This document shows positions 29,802-39,044 of a DNA stretch of 64,000 nt, in pieces. Below the pieces are notes generated by a model. That model saw only the letters and a list, made by a program, of their open reading frames with translations. It made no database searches and was not told where the DNA came from. Each line of letters opens with the position of its first letter. The first letter of the stretch is position 1. Origin of the DNA: an uncultured Gemmatimonadaceae bacterium (GTDB taxonomy: Bacteria > Gemmatimonadota > Gemmatimonadetes > Gemmatimonadales > Gemmatimonadaceae); assembly GCA_963822945.1 (NCBI GenBank), contig CAWGJO010000027.1, positions 1 through 64,000 of the forward strand. Direction: 5' to 3'. The position numbers and the translations under genes were made by a program.

Positions 29802-30078
29802 CAGAAACAGCCTGCCACAGAGCACGCAGAGCACACAGAACACTGCACCCCAAACTGCGGCTGCTCTTGGGGGAACTGCACACGCATTGAGATCTCGAGC
29901 CGCGTGCCAGAAACAGCCTACCACAGAGCACGCAGAGCACACAGAACACTGCACCCCAAACTGCGGCTGCGCTTGGGGGAACTGCACACGCACCCAGATC
30001 CCGAACCGCGTGCAATTCACCTCTGCGTACTTCGCAGTTCTCTGTGTAATCTGCGTGCTCTGCGGTGGGCAGTTCCTG
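29802..30078. repeat. Palindromic intergenic element with a 106-bp tandem duplication of its left part
   Basis: 29802-29907 and 29908-30013 differ at 7 of 106 positions by hand alignment; 30034-30078 is an imperfect reverse complement of the arm CAGAAACAGCCTRCCACAGAGCACGCAGAGCACACAGAACACTGC. Confidence 0.85.
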
Positions 30079-30095
30079 TCGTCCCGCCTGAACCC

Positions 30096-31523
30096 CTACA
30101 CCGCGGAACCGCACTCGCGGACCAGGCGGATCACCGCCTCGACATCGTCCGCAGTGGTCCGGTAGTTCAGGATGCACAGCCGCAACGAGTAAGCGCCGCG
30201 CAGCCGCGTGGAGGACATGAGCACCCGCTGCGTGGCATTGACGGCGGCGTTCACCCGCTCGTTGAGCGCGTCGAGGGCGACCGGATCGTCCATGCCCCGC
30301 GGATGCACGCGGAAACAGATCACCCCGAATTGCGCCGGCGACAGCACTTCGAGCTCCGGCGCTCCGCGGACCAGCCGCTCGGCATGACCGGCCAACTCCA
30401 TGCACCGGTCGATGGCGCCGCGGATGGCGGCCAGCCCGAAGTAATTCACCGACATCCACACCTTGAACGCCCGCGAGTAGCGCGTGAGCTGCTCGCCGTA
30501 GTCGGCGAAGTTCACGTCCTCGTCCCGCGCCTCGACATCCTTGAGGTAGTCCGCCAGTACGTGGAACGCGGCGTGCAGCCGCGCCGGCTCGCGCACCATC
30601 AGGCACCCGCACTCGAAGGGCACGTACAGCCACTTGTGCGGATCGAGCGTCACGCTGTCCGCGCGTCCGATGCCCGACAGCAGCGCGCGGCCGCGCTCGG
30701 TGAGAACCGCGAAGCCCGCGTACGCGGCGTCGATGTGATACCAGAGGTGTTGGCGGGCGGCCACGTCGGCCAGTTCGTGCAGCGGATCGACCGCCCCGGT
30801 GTTCGTGGCGCCGGCGCTTCCCACCACCAGAAAGGGATGCAGCCCGGCCGCCCGGTCGCGCGCGATCGCGTCTTCGAGCGCATCGATGCGCAGGCGGAAC
30901 CGGTCGTCGCTCGCCACCGCCCGCACGTTGCCCCGGGGAATGCCGGCGATCCACGCCGCCCGCGCCACCGATGAATGCGCCTGGTCGGACCCGTACATCA
31001 CCAGCCGGGCAAGGTCGGTGTGTCCGGCGGCCTCCGCCGCGTGCCGTGCCGCAACCACCGCGGTCAGCGTGGCGGCGGAGCCGCCGGAGGTGAGCAACCC
31101 GCGCGACCCGTCCGGCATCTCGAGCCACTGGCGGAACCACTCGAGCACGGTGAGCTCCACCTGGTTCGGGCCGGCCGCCACCGACCACACACCGGCGAAG
31201 AAGTTGTAGCCGGTCGCGATCCAGTCGCCGAGCACCGCCGGAAAGGTCGGACTGCTCGGCACGTAGCCCATGAACAGCGGGTGCGGTTCGCGGGCGTGAT
31301 ACGGAAAGACCCGCTCGCGCAGCACGGCGACGATCTCGTCGAAGGGGGCGCCCCGCTCCGGCGCCTGCGCCGGGAGCGGGATCTGGTGGCGTGCCGCCCG
31401 GCGGTCGAGCGGGTGCTGCACCGGCTCTTCACGCACCGTGGCCAGATGCCCGGCCACCAGGTCGGCAACCTGGTGGCCGAGCCGGCGCATCGTCTCCTGA
31501 TCCAGTTCGAGTGGAGACGACAT
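30096..31523 (-). CDS. PLP-dependent group II decarboxylase (aromatic amino acid/glutamate decarboxylase family)
   Basis: GLLTSGGSAA, AHSSV, GATNTGAVDPL, HIDAAYAG, DSVTLDPHKWL (PLP Lys). Confidence 0.9.
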   Translation of the reverse strand: MSSPLELDQETMRRLGHQVADLVAGHLATVREEPVQHPLDRRAARHQIPLPAQAPERGAPFDEIVAVLRERVFPYHAREPHPLFMGYVPSSPTFPAVLGDWIATGYNFFAGVWSVAAGPNQVELTVLEWFRQWLEMPDGSRGLLTSGGSAATLTAVVAARHAAEAAGHTDLARLVMYGSDQAHSSVARAAWIAGIPRGNVRAVASDDRFRLRIDALEDAIARDRAAGLHPFLVVGSAGATNTGAVDPLHELADVAARQHLWYHIDAAYAGFAVLTERGRALLSGIGRADSVTLDPHKWLYVPFECGCLMVREPARLHAAFHVLADYLKDVEARDEDVNFADYGEQLTRYSRAFKVWMSVNYFGLAAIRGAIDRCMELAGHAERLVRGAPELEVLSPAQFGVICFRVHPRGMDDPVALDALNERVNAAVNATQRVLMSSTRLRGAYSLRLCILNYRTTADDVEAVIRLVRECGSAV

Positions 31524-31545
31524 TACCGGCGTACTACCCGGCGCA

Positions 31546-31992
31546 TCAGCGCCGCTTGCCGTGCTTGGCTGCCTTCTTGGCCGCGGGCTTCCGGGCGCCC
31601 GCCTTCTTCGCCGGCTTCTTCGCGGCGGCCTTCTTCGCGGACTTGGCGGCGGGCTTCCTGGCTGGGGCCTTCTTGGCCGGCTTTTTCGCGGCCTTCTTGG
31701 CAGCCGTCTTCGAGGCCTTCTTCGCCTTCGGTTTGGCCGCCGGCTTGGCGGCGGCTTTCTTGGCCGGCTTCGCCACCGCCTTCTTGGCGGGGGTCGCCGG
31801 TACGGCGGCCTTCAGCGGCGGGGGCGGGTTCTTGCGGGGACGTCCGCTCTTCCGTGCCGCCTGCCCTTCCGCCATCAACTTGTCGAAGGCGGCCTTGGCC
31901 TCGGCCAGCAGCTGCGCGTGGGTGGAACCGCGCTCGCTCTGCGAGCGCTCCTTTTCCGCGCGGAAGAGATCTTCGGGTGTATTCGACGTCAT
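31546..31992 (-). CDS. Lys/Ala-rich histone H1-like protein with AT-hook motif
   Basis: Helical N-terminus, RKSGRPRKN, then many PAKKAA/KPAAK repeats. Confidence 0.75.
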   Translation of the reverse strand: MTSNTPEDLFRAEKERSQSERGSTHAQLLAEAKAAFDKLMAEGQAARKSGRPRKNPPPPLKAAVPATPAKKAVAKPAKKAAAKPAAKPKAKKASKTAAKKAAKKPAKKAPARKPAAKSAKKAAAKKPAKKAGARKPAAKKAAKHGKRR

Positions 31993-32142
31993 GGGTTTGG
32001 CCCGTGCTATGGTGAACCGCGATGGGTCTCCCGGTGGTCCAGAAAGCCCCTGAGGGACTGCGCACCGAATATGTCACGAAAGGCGGTGCGTGCCTATGGG
32101 GAAGTGCGGATTTTTCGCCGGGAGCCGGGGTATACTCCGAAC

Positions 32143-32577
32143 ATGACTTCCGCATCCCCCATGCTCTCGCGCGCCGGCCGAGTAGCGACCGTGACGCTCT
32201 GCCTCACGGTGGTCGCCGCCGCGGCCTGCCCCACGGCCGTCCCGGATCGAGTTCCCCCGGGCAACTGGGGCGGATTGCACGCGGGGATGGTCGTCTCCGA
32301 CACCGGCGCCGAGGTGCAGTACGACTGCGCCGCGGGGCGGGTCACGGCCCCCATGCTGCTCGACGCGCACGGGGACTTCGACCTGCCCGGCCTGTATATC
32401 CGCACGGGGCCCGGTCCGGTTCCCGCGAACGACTCCCTGGTCCCGAAGTTCCCGGTCCGCTACACCGGACACACCGACGGCAAGACGATGACGTTCACGG
32501 TGAGCGGCGACTCCGTGCCGGCGCAGCGCTTCGACATGACGTACGGCGGGAATCCGAACGTCATGAAGTGCGTGTAA
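32143..32577 (+). CDS. Hypothetical lipoprotein
   Basis: ATG 6 nt after TATACT; hydrophobic signal ending AAAAC; GNWGG, YDCAAG, terminal MKCV. Confidence 0.7.
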   Translation: MTSASPMLSRAGRVATVTLCLTVVAAAACPTAVPDRVPPGNWGGLHAGMVVSDTGAEVQYDCAAGRVTAPMLLDAHGDFDLPGLYIRTGPGPVPANDSLVPKFPVRYTGHTDGKTMTFTVSGDSVPAQRFDMTYGGNPNVMKCV

Positions 32578-32643
32578 TCGGCGACTGCCACCCGTAAGCC
32601 GGGAGTGGCCGGTGGTCAGCGACCAGCCGCCGGGTACCGCGGC

Positions 32644-33783
32644 TCAGCGTCCGTACTTCTTCAGGATCATCCGCACGCTGTCGATCGGCACCGGATTCAC
32701 CGTCCGCCCGCCATTCGTCACCGCGGTCGCCATGAAGAGTGAGTTGTAGATGGCCTCTTCCGTCGCCTCGACCACGCCTTCGAACAATCCCGACATCTCG
32801 TCGTTGGTCAGCTCGGTGACGTCGGGGCGGCGCTGATCGGCCCCGCGCACCAGTGCCGGATTCGCCGAGAACGCGATCACGTAGTCGCCCGAGCCGTTGG
32901 ACGCGAACGACCCCGTGCGCGCGAGCCCCATGATGGCGCGCTTGGCCAGCCGGCGCAGATTGCGGTCGAGAATGGGTGCGTCGGTGGCGACGACGATCAT
33001 GCACGACCCGTCGCCGTGCGGATTCTGCATGTTGCGCCTGAACGAATACTGCCCGAGTTCCCTTCCCACCGGCGCACCGTCCACCTGCAGAATCCCGCCG
33101 TAGTTGGTCTGCACGAGTACGCCGACGGTCCACCCGCCCAGCGACTTTGGTAGCACGCGCGACGACGTACCGATGCCACCCTTCCACCCGAAGGCGATGG
33201 TGCCGCGTCCCGCCCCCACGCTTCCCTCCGCCACCGGCCCGCTGCGGGCCGACTCGATGGCGTGCACCACCTCATCGGGCGTGATGGGCCGCGAGCGGAT
33301 GGCGTTGAGCGTCCCGTCGTTGGTTTCCCCGACCACCGGGTTGATGGACCGCACGTTCTCCATGCCCGGCTGGGCGAGCAGCCACGCCACCATCGCATCC
33401 GCGGCCCGCCACACGCACAGCGTGCAGGTGAGCAGGATCGGCGTCTCGATCTCACCAAGTTCCGCCACCTGCGTGACGCCGAGGAGCTTGCCGAAGCCGT
33501 TGCCCACGTAGATCGCCGCCGGCACGCGCTGCAGGAACATGTTGCCGGCATGCGGCAGGATCGCGGTGATGCCGGTGTGAATCGAATCGCCGTCGTCCAC
33601 CGTAGTCTGTCCCACGAGCACGCCGTTCACGTCGGTGATGGCGTTGTCGGGGCCGGGGGCGAAGATGCCGGGCGCGACGCCGAGCTGACGCGCACGCACG
33701 GGCGTCTGGGTCTGCGCCTGCAACGCGGTGGAGGCCAGCGCCAGGAGCGCGCCGGCGCGGACGAACCGTCGTGCTGTCGACAT
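32644..33783 (-). CDS. P1/S58 family aminopeptidase (DmpA-like), secreted
   Basis: NAITDVNGVLVG, PVVGETNDG, EGSVGAG, KGGIGTSSR, GDGSCMIVVATDAP cleavage site, NGSGD. Confidence 0.92.
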   Translation of the reverse strand: MSTARRFVRAGALLALASTALQAQTQTPVRARQLGVAPGIFAPGPDNAITDVNGVLVGQTTVDDGDSIHTGITAILPHAGNMFLQRVPAAIYVGNGFGKLLGVTQVAELGEIETPILLTCTLCVWRAADAMVAWLLAQPGMENVRSINPVVGETNDGTLNAIRSRPITPDEVVHAIESARSGPVAEGSVGAGRGTIAFGWKGGIGTSSRVLPKSLGGWTVGVLVQTNYGGILQVDGAPVGRELGQYSFRRNMQNPHGDGSCMIVVATDAPILDRNLRRLAKRAIMGLARTGSFASNGSGDYVIAFSANPALVRGADQRRPDVTELTNDEMSGLFEGVVEATEEAIYNSLFMATAVTNGGRTVNPVPIDSVRMILKKYGR

Positions 33784-33883
33784 CACCTGCCTCCACTCTA
33801 GGGGTCGTGCGGCGGTGCGTGCCGCGCGGGTCCAATGTACCTTGCAGCAGCGCGTCGCAGAACGCCGGCGTCCCGTCCCCGTC

Positions 33884-35515
33884 ATGGATCCTACCGAACA
33901 CTCCCCCACAGCCGCCGGCTCGCCGTCTCCGATCGTGGCATTCCTGGCCGTACTCGTGCTCGGCGCTGGTGCCCTGGCTGTGGGACTGGTTTCGGCCCCG
34001 TACAAGAGCTTCGATCTCGACCGGTTCTTCGTCCCGAAGGAACTGGTGCTGCACGTCACGGCGCTGCTCGTGGCGCTCCCGCTCGTGCTCCGGCGGCGGC
34101 GCATCGGGCTCTCCGGCGTCGACCTGCTGCTGGCGCTCTTCCTGGGGCTGAGCGTGCTCTCGGCGCTGTTCGCTGCCAACTACTGGCTCGCGGCTCGCGC
34201 CCTGGCGGTGACCTGGTCGAGCCTCGTGCTCTTCTGGGCCACGACGGCAATCGCCGCGGGCCGCCCCCGGCGCGAACGGACCATCGTGGCGGTGTTGGTG
34301 CTGGCGGTGCTGGCCACGGTCGGCACGGCGCTCGTCCAGGCGTACGGCATCGACTCCGTGCACTTCAGCCTCAATCGGGCGCCCGGCGGGACGCTGGGCA
34401 ACCGGAACTTCGCTGCCCACCTGGCGGCGATTGCCACGCCGTTGCTCGTGGTCGCGGCGGTGGGCGCCCGCCGCCGCTTCTCGTCGTTGGTGGCCACGGT
34501 GGCGCTGGCGGTCGTCTCGGCCGTGCTCGTGCTGTCGCGCACGCGAGCCGCGTGGGTGGCCCTCGCCGCGTGCGTCGTGGTGCTCCTGCCCGCCGTGTGG
34601 AGGGCGCGTGTCCGCTGGCAGGTGGTGGGCATGCGACGGCGTCTCCTGCTCAACCTGCTGGTGGTGGCGGTCACGGTCGCCGGGGCCGTGTTCCTTCCCA
34701 ACTCGCTCGACTGGCGGAGTGCGTCGCCCTATCTGGACTCCGTAAAGAGCATCACGGACTACAAGGCGGGGAGCGGCCACGGCCGGCTGGTGCAGTACAC
34801 GAACTCGTTGCGGCTGGCCCTGCGGCATCCGGTGCTCGGCGTGGGGCCGGGCAACTGGTCGGTGGAGTACCCGGCGATCGTGAAGCGCGACGATCCCTCG
34901 CTCAGCCAGGACACCGGCATGACCGACAATCCATGGCCGAGCAGCGACTGGATGGCGTTCGTCTCGGAGCGTGGCCCGCTGGCGGCGATCGTGCTGGCGC
35001 TGGCCTGGCTGCTGCTCATTGCCGATGCGGGACGACAGATGCTCGTGGCCGAGGAGTTGGACGCGTATCTGCGGGGGCTGGCGCTGGCCGGCGTGGTGAT
35101 CGCCACCGCGATCGTCGGGATGTTCGACGCCGTGCTGCTGCTGCCGGCGCCGGCCCTCATCGTCTTCTCGGCGCTCGGCGCACTGCGCAGTCCGCCGCGG
35201 CGGCGGGCCCTCGAACTCGGAGGGCGCGCCCGCGTGGCGTTGGTTGGGTCGGTGGTGGTGCTCGGCGCGCTGGCGAGCGCGCGGAGCGCGCTCATGCTCG
35301 ACGCCATGCGGCGGTACGAACACGGCGCCGTGGCCACGGCGGCGCGCGAGGATCCGGGCAACTATCGCATTCAGATGCGATTGGCCGAGGCGGCGCAGTC
35401 GCGCGGGCGATGCGACCTGGTGAAGGCGCATGCCGGCGCCGCCCGGTCGCTCTTCCCACACGCCCTGCAGCCGCGCCGACTACTCGCGGCGTGCGCGCGC
35501 TCAGCGAGCCGGTGA
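33884..35515 (+). CDS. O-antigen ligase (Wzy_C/WaaL-like) family membrane protein
   Basis: Multi-TM, GTLGNRNF, LSRTRAAW, HPVLGVGPGNW. Confidence 0.8.
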   Translation: MDPTEHSPTAAGSPSPIVAFLAVLVLGAGALAVGLVSAPYKSFDLDRFFVPKELVLHVTALLVALPLVLRRRRIGLSGVDLLLALFLGLSVLSALFAANYWLAARALAVTWSSLVLFWATTAIAAGRPRRERTIVAVLVLAVLATVGTALVQAYGIDSVHFSLNRAPGGTLGNRNFAAHLAAIATPLLVVAAVGARRRFSSLVATVALAVVSAVLVLSRTRAAWVALAACVVVLLPAVWRARVRWQVVGMRRRLLLNLLVVAVTVAGAVFLPNSLDWRSASPYLDSVKSITDYKAGSGHGRLVQYTNSLRLALRHPVLGVGPGNWSVEYPAIVKRDDPSLSQDTGMTDNPWPSSDWMAFVSERGPLAAIVLALAWLLLIADAGRQMLVAEELDAYLRGLALAGVVIATAIVGMFDAVLLLPAPALIVFSALGALRSPPRRRALELGGRARVALVGSVVVLGALASARSALMLDAMRRYEHGAVATAAREDPGNYRIQMRLAEAAQSRGRCDLVKAHAGAARSLFPHALQPRRLLAACARSASR

Positions 35516-37078
35516 GTTCGCCCGCCCGGGAGGCGCGGCGTTCACGCCGAACACGTATAGATCCTGCGTACTGTCCACCGGCACGAGCCGCGGTCCCGCC
35601 GCCGTGTCGGCCGCCAACGTGCGGGCCGCGTCCAGTTCGTCGGTGGCCTGCACCACCAGGTAGCGCGCGCCCGTGGCCTCCAGTATCCGCCGCAGGTCGT
35701 CGGCGTTCTCGCGCGGTGTGCGGGGCCGCAGATACTGCACCGCCGTGAACGCCGCCGACGGAACGGCCTGCCGCTCGGCGTACAGATAGAGCATCGGCTC
35801 TCCAGCACCCGCCACGACGTCGTCGCGCTGGACGTGCGCGCGTACCCAGCGAATGACCGGCTCCGCCTGGCTGGTCGTGGAGCGTGGGATGCTCTCCCAC
35901 CAACTGCCGCGATACCCGCGCACGTTGTACCGCAGGAGGCCGGGCACCAGTAGCAGCGCGACGACCGCGACGGCGATTCGCAGCGCGGATGGGTGTTCGG
36001 CACGAGCCTGCAGCACTTCGAGCGGCACCAACAGCAGCGCCATCAGTACCGGCCAGATGCCCCAGACGAAGCGAAGCGGCTGGTTGGGCCACACGATCAC
36101 CAGCCCGAGATAGAGCGCCAGGAAGAGGAGCGTCACCGGCGCCCGGCCGCGGGCGCGCCACACCCCGTAGCCCAGCATGAGCCCGAGCGCCAGCGCCGTG
36201 CCCGCCGCGACGAACGGCATCGATGCGTACTGGAACGACGTGGCGACGCCCAACAGCAGCGTGTGAACGTTCACACGCGCGGTCGCGATCACGAACGGCA
36301 GGCCGCCGGTGTGCACCCCGCCCAGAAACCACCCCAGATAGCTGCCATACGAGCCGCGGAGCACCGGCGCCACGTCGCCGGCGTGCACCGACGACCAGAG
36401 CAGCCAGGGAGAGGCGACGAGCAGCGCCGCGCCCAGATACCAGGCGGCCGCACGCCAGTGCCGCCGCACCAGCCACACCACCAGCACCGCAACCACGAGC
36501 AAGACGCCGATGCTGCGCACCAGCATCACCGCCGCGCTCAGCGCGCCCAACACCGCGGCGCCTCGCCGCGTGGGCGGCGGCTGCCGCGTCATGCGCTCGG
36601 CCAGCAACAACGCCGGCAGCAGCAGCGCCAGGAACAACGGCTCCGACAGCACCAGCGTGGCGAGCACGAGCATCGGGATCGTGATCGTGCCGAGCAGCGC
36701 AGCCAGCATCGCGACCGCCGGCGAGAGCAGGAGGACGCGCACCGCGAACCGGCAGGTCATCCAGGCGATGACGCTGAGCAGCAGCACGTTCAGCAGCTTG
36801 AACCAGAGTACGTTGGCGGGGAACGCCGGCCCGAGCTTCCAGATCACGGCCAGGAGCAACGGATAGCCGGGCGGGTAGTGCACGGCCGCCGGCGTGCCCG
36901 GCAGATTGAGGAATCGATAGCCCTGTCCCGTAGCCAGCGACTTTGCGAGAATCGTGTAGAGGCCGTCGTCGTAGAAGCCGCCCACCGGCAGGTAGTTCAG
37001 CGCGATCAGCCCCACGATGGCCGCGATGATGGCCACCGTGGTCTCGGCGGGAATCACGATGCGATCCGAATCGCTCAT
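35501..37078 (-). CDS. Polytopic membrane glycosyltransferase (GT-C, ArnT/PMT-like)
   Basis: DDGLYTILAKSLATGQGY, HYPPGYPLLLA, LSEPLF; many TM segments. Confidence 0.72.
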   Translation of the reverse strand: MSDSDRIVIPAETTVAIIAAIVGLIALNYLPVGGFYDDGLYTILAKSLATGQGYRFLNLPGTPAAVHYPPGYPLLLAVIWKLGPAFPANVLWFKLLNVLLLSVIAWMTCRFAVRVLLLSPAVAMLAALLGTITIPMLVLATLVLSEPLFLALLLPALLLAERMTRQPPPTRRGAAVLGALSAAVMLVRSIGVLLVVAVLVVWLVRRHWRAAAWYLGAALLVASPWLLWSSVHAGDVAPVLRGSYGSYLGWFLGGVHTGGLPFVIATARVNVHTLLLGVATSFQYASMPFVAAGTALALGLMLGYGVWRARGRAPVTLLFLALYLGLVIVWPNQPLRFVWGIWPVLMALLLVPLEVLQARAEHPSALRIAVAVVALLLVPGLLRYNVRGYRGSWWESIPRSTTSQAEPVIRWVRAHVQRDDVVAGAGEPMLYLYAERQAVPSAAFTAVQYLRPRTPRENADDLRRILEATGARYLVVQATDELDAARTLAADTAAGPRLVPVDSTQDLYVFGVNAAPPGRANSPAR

Positions 37079-37713
37079 GAGGCCCGGTACCGGAAGCAGG
37101 TCACGAGATGGTCGTTCACCAGACCCACGGCCTGCATGAACGCATAGCAGATGGTGGTGCCGACGAAGCGGAAGCCGCGCGTCTTGAGGTCGCGGCTCAG
37201 CGCATCCGACTCCCGAGTACTCGCCGGCACGCTGCCCGGCGACCGGCGGCGGTTGACCAGCGGCGCGCCGTCCACGAACCGCCAGACGTACGCGTCGAAG
37301 CTGCCGAACTCCCGTTGCACGTCCAGAAACGCGCGGGCGTTGGTGATCGCACTCGCCACCTTGAGCCGGTTGCGCACGATGCCCGGATTGGCGAGCAGTT
37401 GCTTCTCACGCACCGGGGAGAACCGCGCCACCGCTACCGGGTCGAATCCCGCAAACGCCTTCCGGTACGCATCCCGCTTGCGGAGAATCGTCTCCCAACT
37501 CAGCCCGGCCTGCGCGCCCTCGAGCGTGAGGAATTCAAAGAACACCTGGTCGTCGTGGACGGGGACGCCCCACTCGGTATCATGGTAGGCGATGCCCCGT
37601 GGTGACGTGGCCCAACTGCACCGCACGGGCGCGTCGCGCCGCGACGCGGCGGCCTCCGGTTCTGGCGCCGGAGGGGACGCGGATGGCGATCGGCGCGGCC
37701 GGGTGTTGGACAT
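37075..37713 (-). CDS. tag: DNA-3-methyladenine glycosylase I
   Basis: RCSWA, YHDTEWG, LEGAQAGLSW, IVRNRLK, GFRFVG, MQAVGLVNDH...C. Confidence 0.95.
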   Translation of the reverse strand: MSNTRPRRSPSASPPAPEPEAAASRRDAPVRCSWATSPRGIAYHDTEWGVPVHDDQVFFEFLTLEGAQAGLSWETILRKRDAYRKAFAGFDPVAVARFSPVREKQLLANPGIVRNRLKVASAITNARAFLDVQREFGSFDAYVWRFVDGAPLVNRRRSPGSVPASTRESDALSRDLKTRGFRFVGTTICYAFMQAVGLVNDHLVTCFRYRAS

Positions 37714-37757
37714 TGGCTAACAACCTGCGCCCGCCGCGTCGGAAAGTAAACGGGCCG

Positions 37758-38990
37758 CTACTCGTGCCGGATGGCCTCGATGGGCGACAGGCGGGCCGCC
37801 TTGATGGCCGGGTACAACCCGAACCCAATGCCCACCGCCAACGACGCTCCGGCCGCCACGAGCAGCGTGCTCACGGACAAGCCGGCGTATATCGTGGCCC
37901 GCGTCCGCATGCGCATGAGCGCCGTGACGGCATACGCCGCCCCCACGCCGAAGCCGGCGCCGAGGACGGCGCCCACTCCCGAAATCGCAACCGACTCGGC
38001 GAGGAACTGCATCATGATCTCACGCTTGCGGGCGCCGGTCGCACGGCGAATGCCGATCTCGCGGGTCCGCTCGGCCACGCTGGCCAGGAGCACGTTCATG
38101 ATCCCGATGCCGCCCACGACGAGTGAGATGCCGGTGAGCGCTCCCATCAGGAGCTTGAACAGCAGCAGCCCCTGCTGCACCTGCGCGATCCGGTACTGGT
38201 TGGTCGCCACGCTCACGCGGCTCTTCCACGCCGTGTCGCCGGCGGCCAGCCAGCGTTCCACGGCGGCGCGCGCCGCCTCCACCTGGTTCACACTGTCCAC
38301 GTGCACCAGCATCGCCGGCACGCGACCCGAGGCGCTCGCCGTCATGGCGTTCTCGGCGCCGGTGAGCGGCACGAACGCCTGCAGGGCCGTGGAGTCGGCG
38401 CCCGCCGCGACGATTCCGATCACCCGGCGGTCGCCGCCCTCGATCGTGACCGTGGAGTCGCGCAACGACGTCACCGGCGCGTCACCGGCCAGGGCGCGCG
38501 CCAGCCCGTACGAGAGCACCACGACCGGACTCCCGTCACGCGCTTCCTGCGCGTTGAGGAACCGGCCCGCCTCCAGCTTCAGATCGCGCATTGCGGCCAG
38601 CGCGGGCACGGTGCCCATCACGGCGGCGCCGCGCGCCGGCATGGCGCCGCGACGCACGAGCGCGCTTCCGTTCAGCAGCAACCCCACCTGCGCGGGCACC
38701 GGCAGCATCCGCTGCAGGCTGTCGGCGTCGGCGATCGTGAATACGCGGACGTCGCGGCGCGGGAACGACTGGCCGTCGACCTCCCGCGTGGTGAGCGCGC
38801 GCACCTGGACGTACTGCAGCGACGACGTCTGATCGATCTGCGCGCGCGCGAAGTGTTCCATGCCGTCGCCGAGCGACAGCACGGACACCAGGGCCGCCAC
38901 GCCCATGACCACGCCCAGCGTCGAGAGCAGGGTACGGAGCGGGTTGGCGCGGAGCGCGGTGAATCCGACCTTCAGCGAAGCCGTGGTCAT
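37758..38990 (-). CDS. MacB-family ABC permease (single unit, no adjacent ATPase)
   Basis: NPLRTLLSTLG, VGGIGIMNVLL, ERTREIGIR, PAIKAARLSPIEAIRHE. Confidence 0.9.
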   Translation of the reverse strand: MTTASLKVGFTALRANPLRTLLSTLGVVMGVAALVSVLSLGDGMEHFARAQIDQTSSLQYVQVRALTTREVDGQSFPRRDVRVFTIADADSLQRMLPVPAQVGLLLNGSALVRRGAMPARGAAVMGTVPALAAMRDLKLEAGRFLNAQEARDGSPVVVLSYGLARALAGDAPVTSLRDSTVTIEGGDRRVIGIVAAGADSTALQAFVPLTGAENAMTASASGRVPAMLVHVDSVNQVEAARAAVERWLAAGDTAWKSRVSVATNQYRIAQVQQGLLLFKLLMGALTGISLVVGGIGIMNVLLASVAERTREIGIRRATGARKREIMMQFLAESVAISGVGAVLGAGFGVGAAYAVTALMRMRTRATIYAGLSVSTLLVAAGASLAVGIGFGLYPAIKAARLSPIEAIRHE

Positions 38991-39044
38991 TGAGCGCGGG
39001 AAGGGGATGAGTGCGGCGTGGCCGGCCTCAGCGTCCTACGACGA

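Noticed and set aside
29802..30013. CRISPR array
   Set aside because: Only two 106-bp units, no unique spacers and no cas genes.
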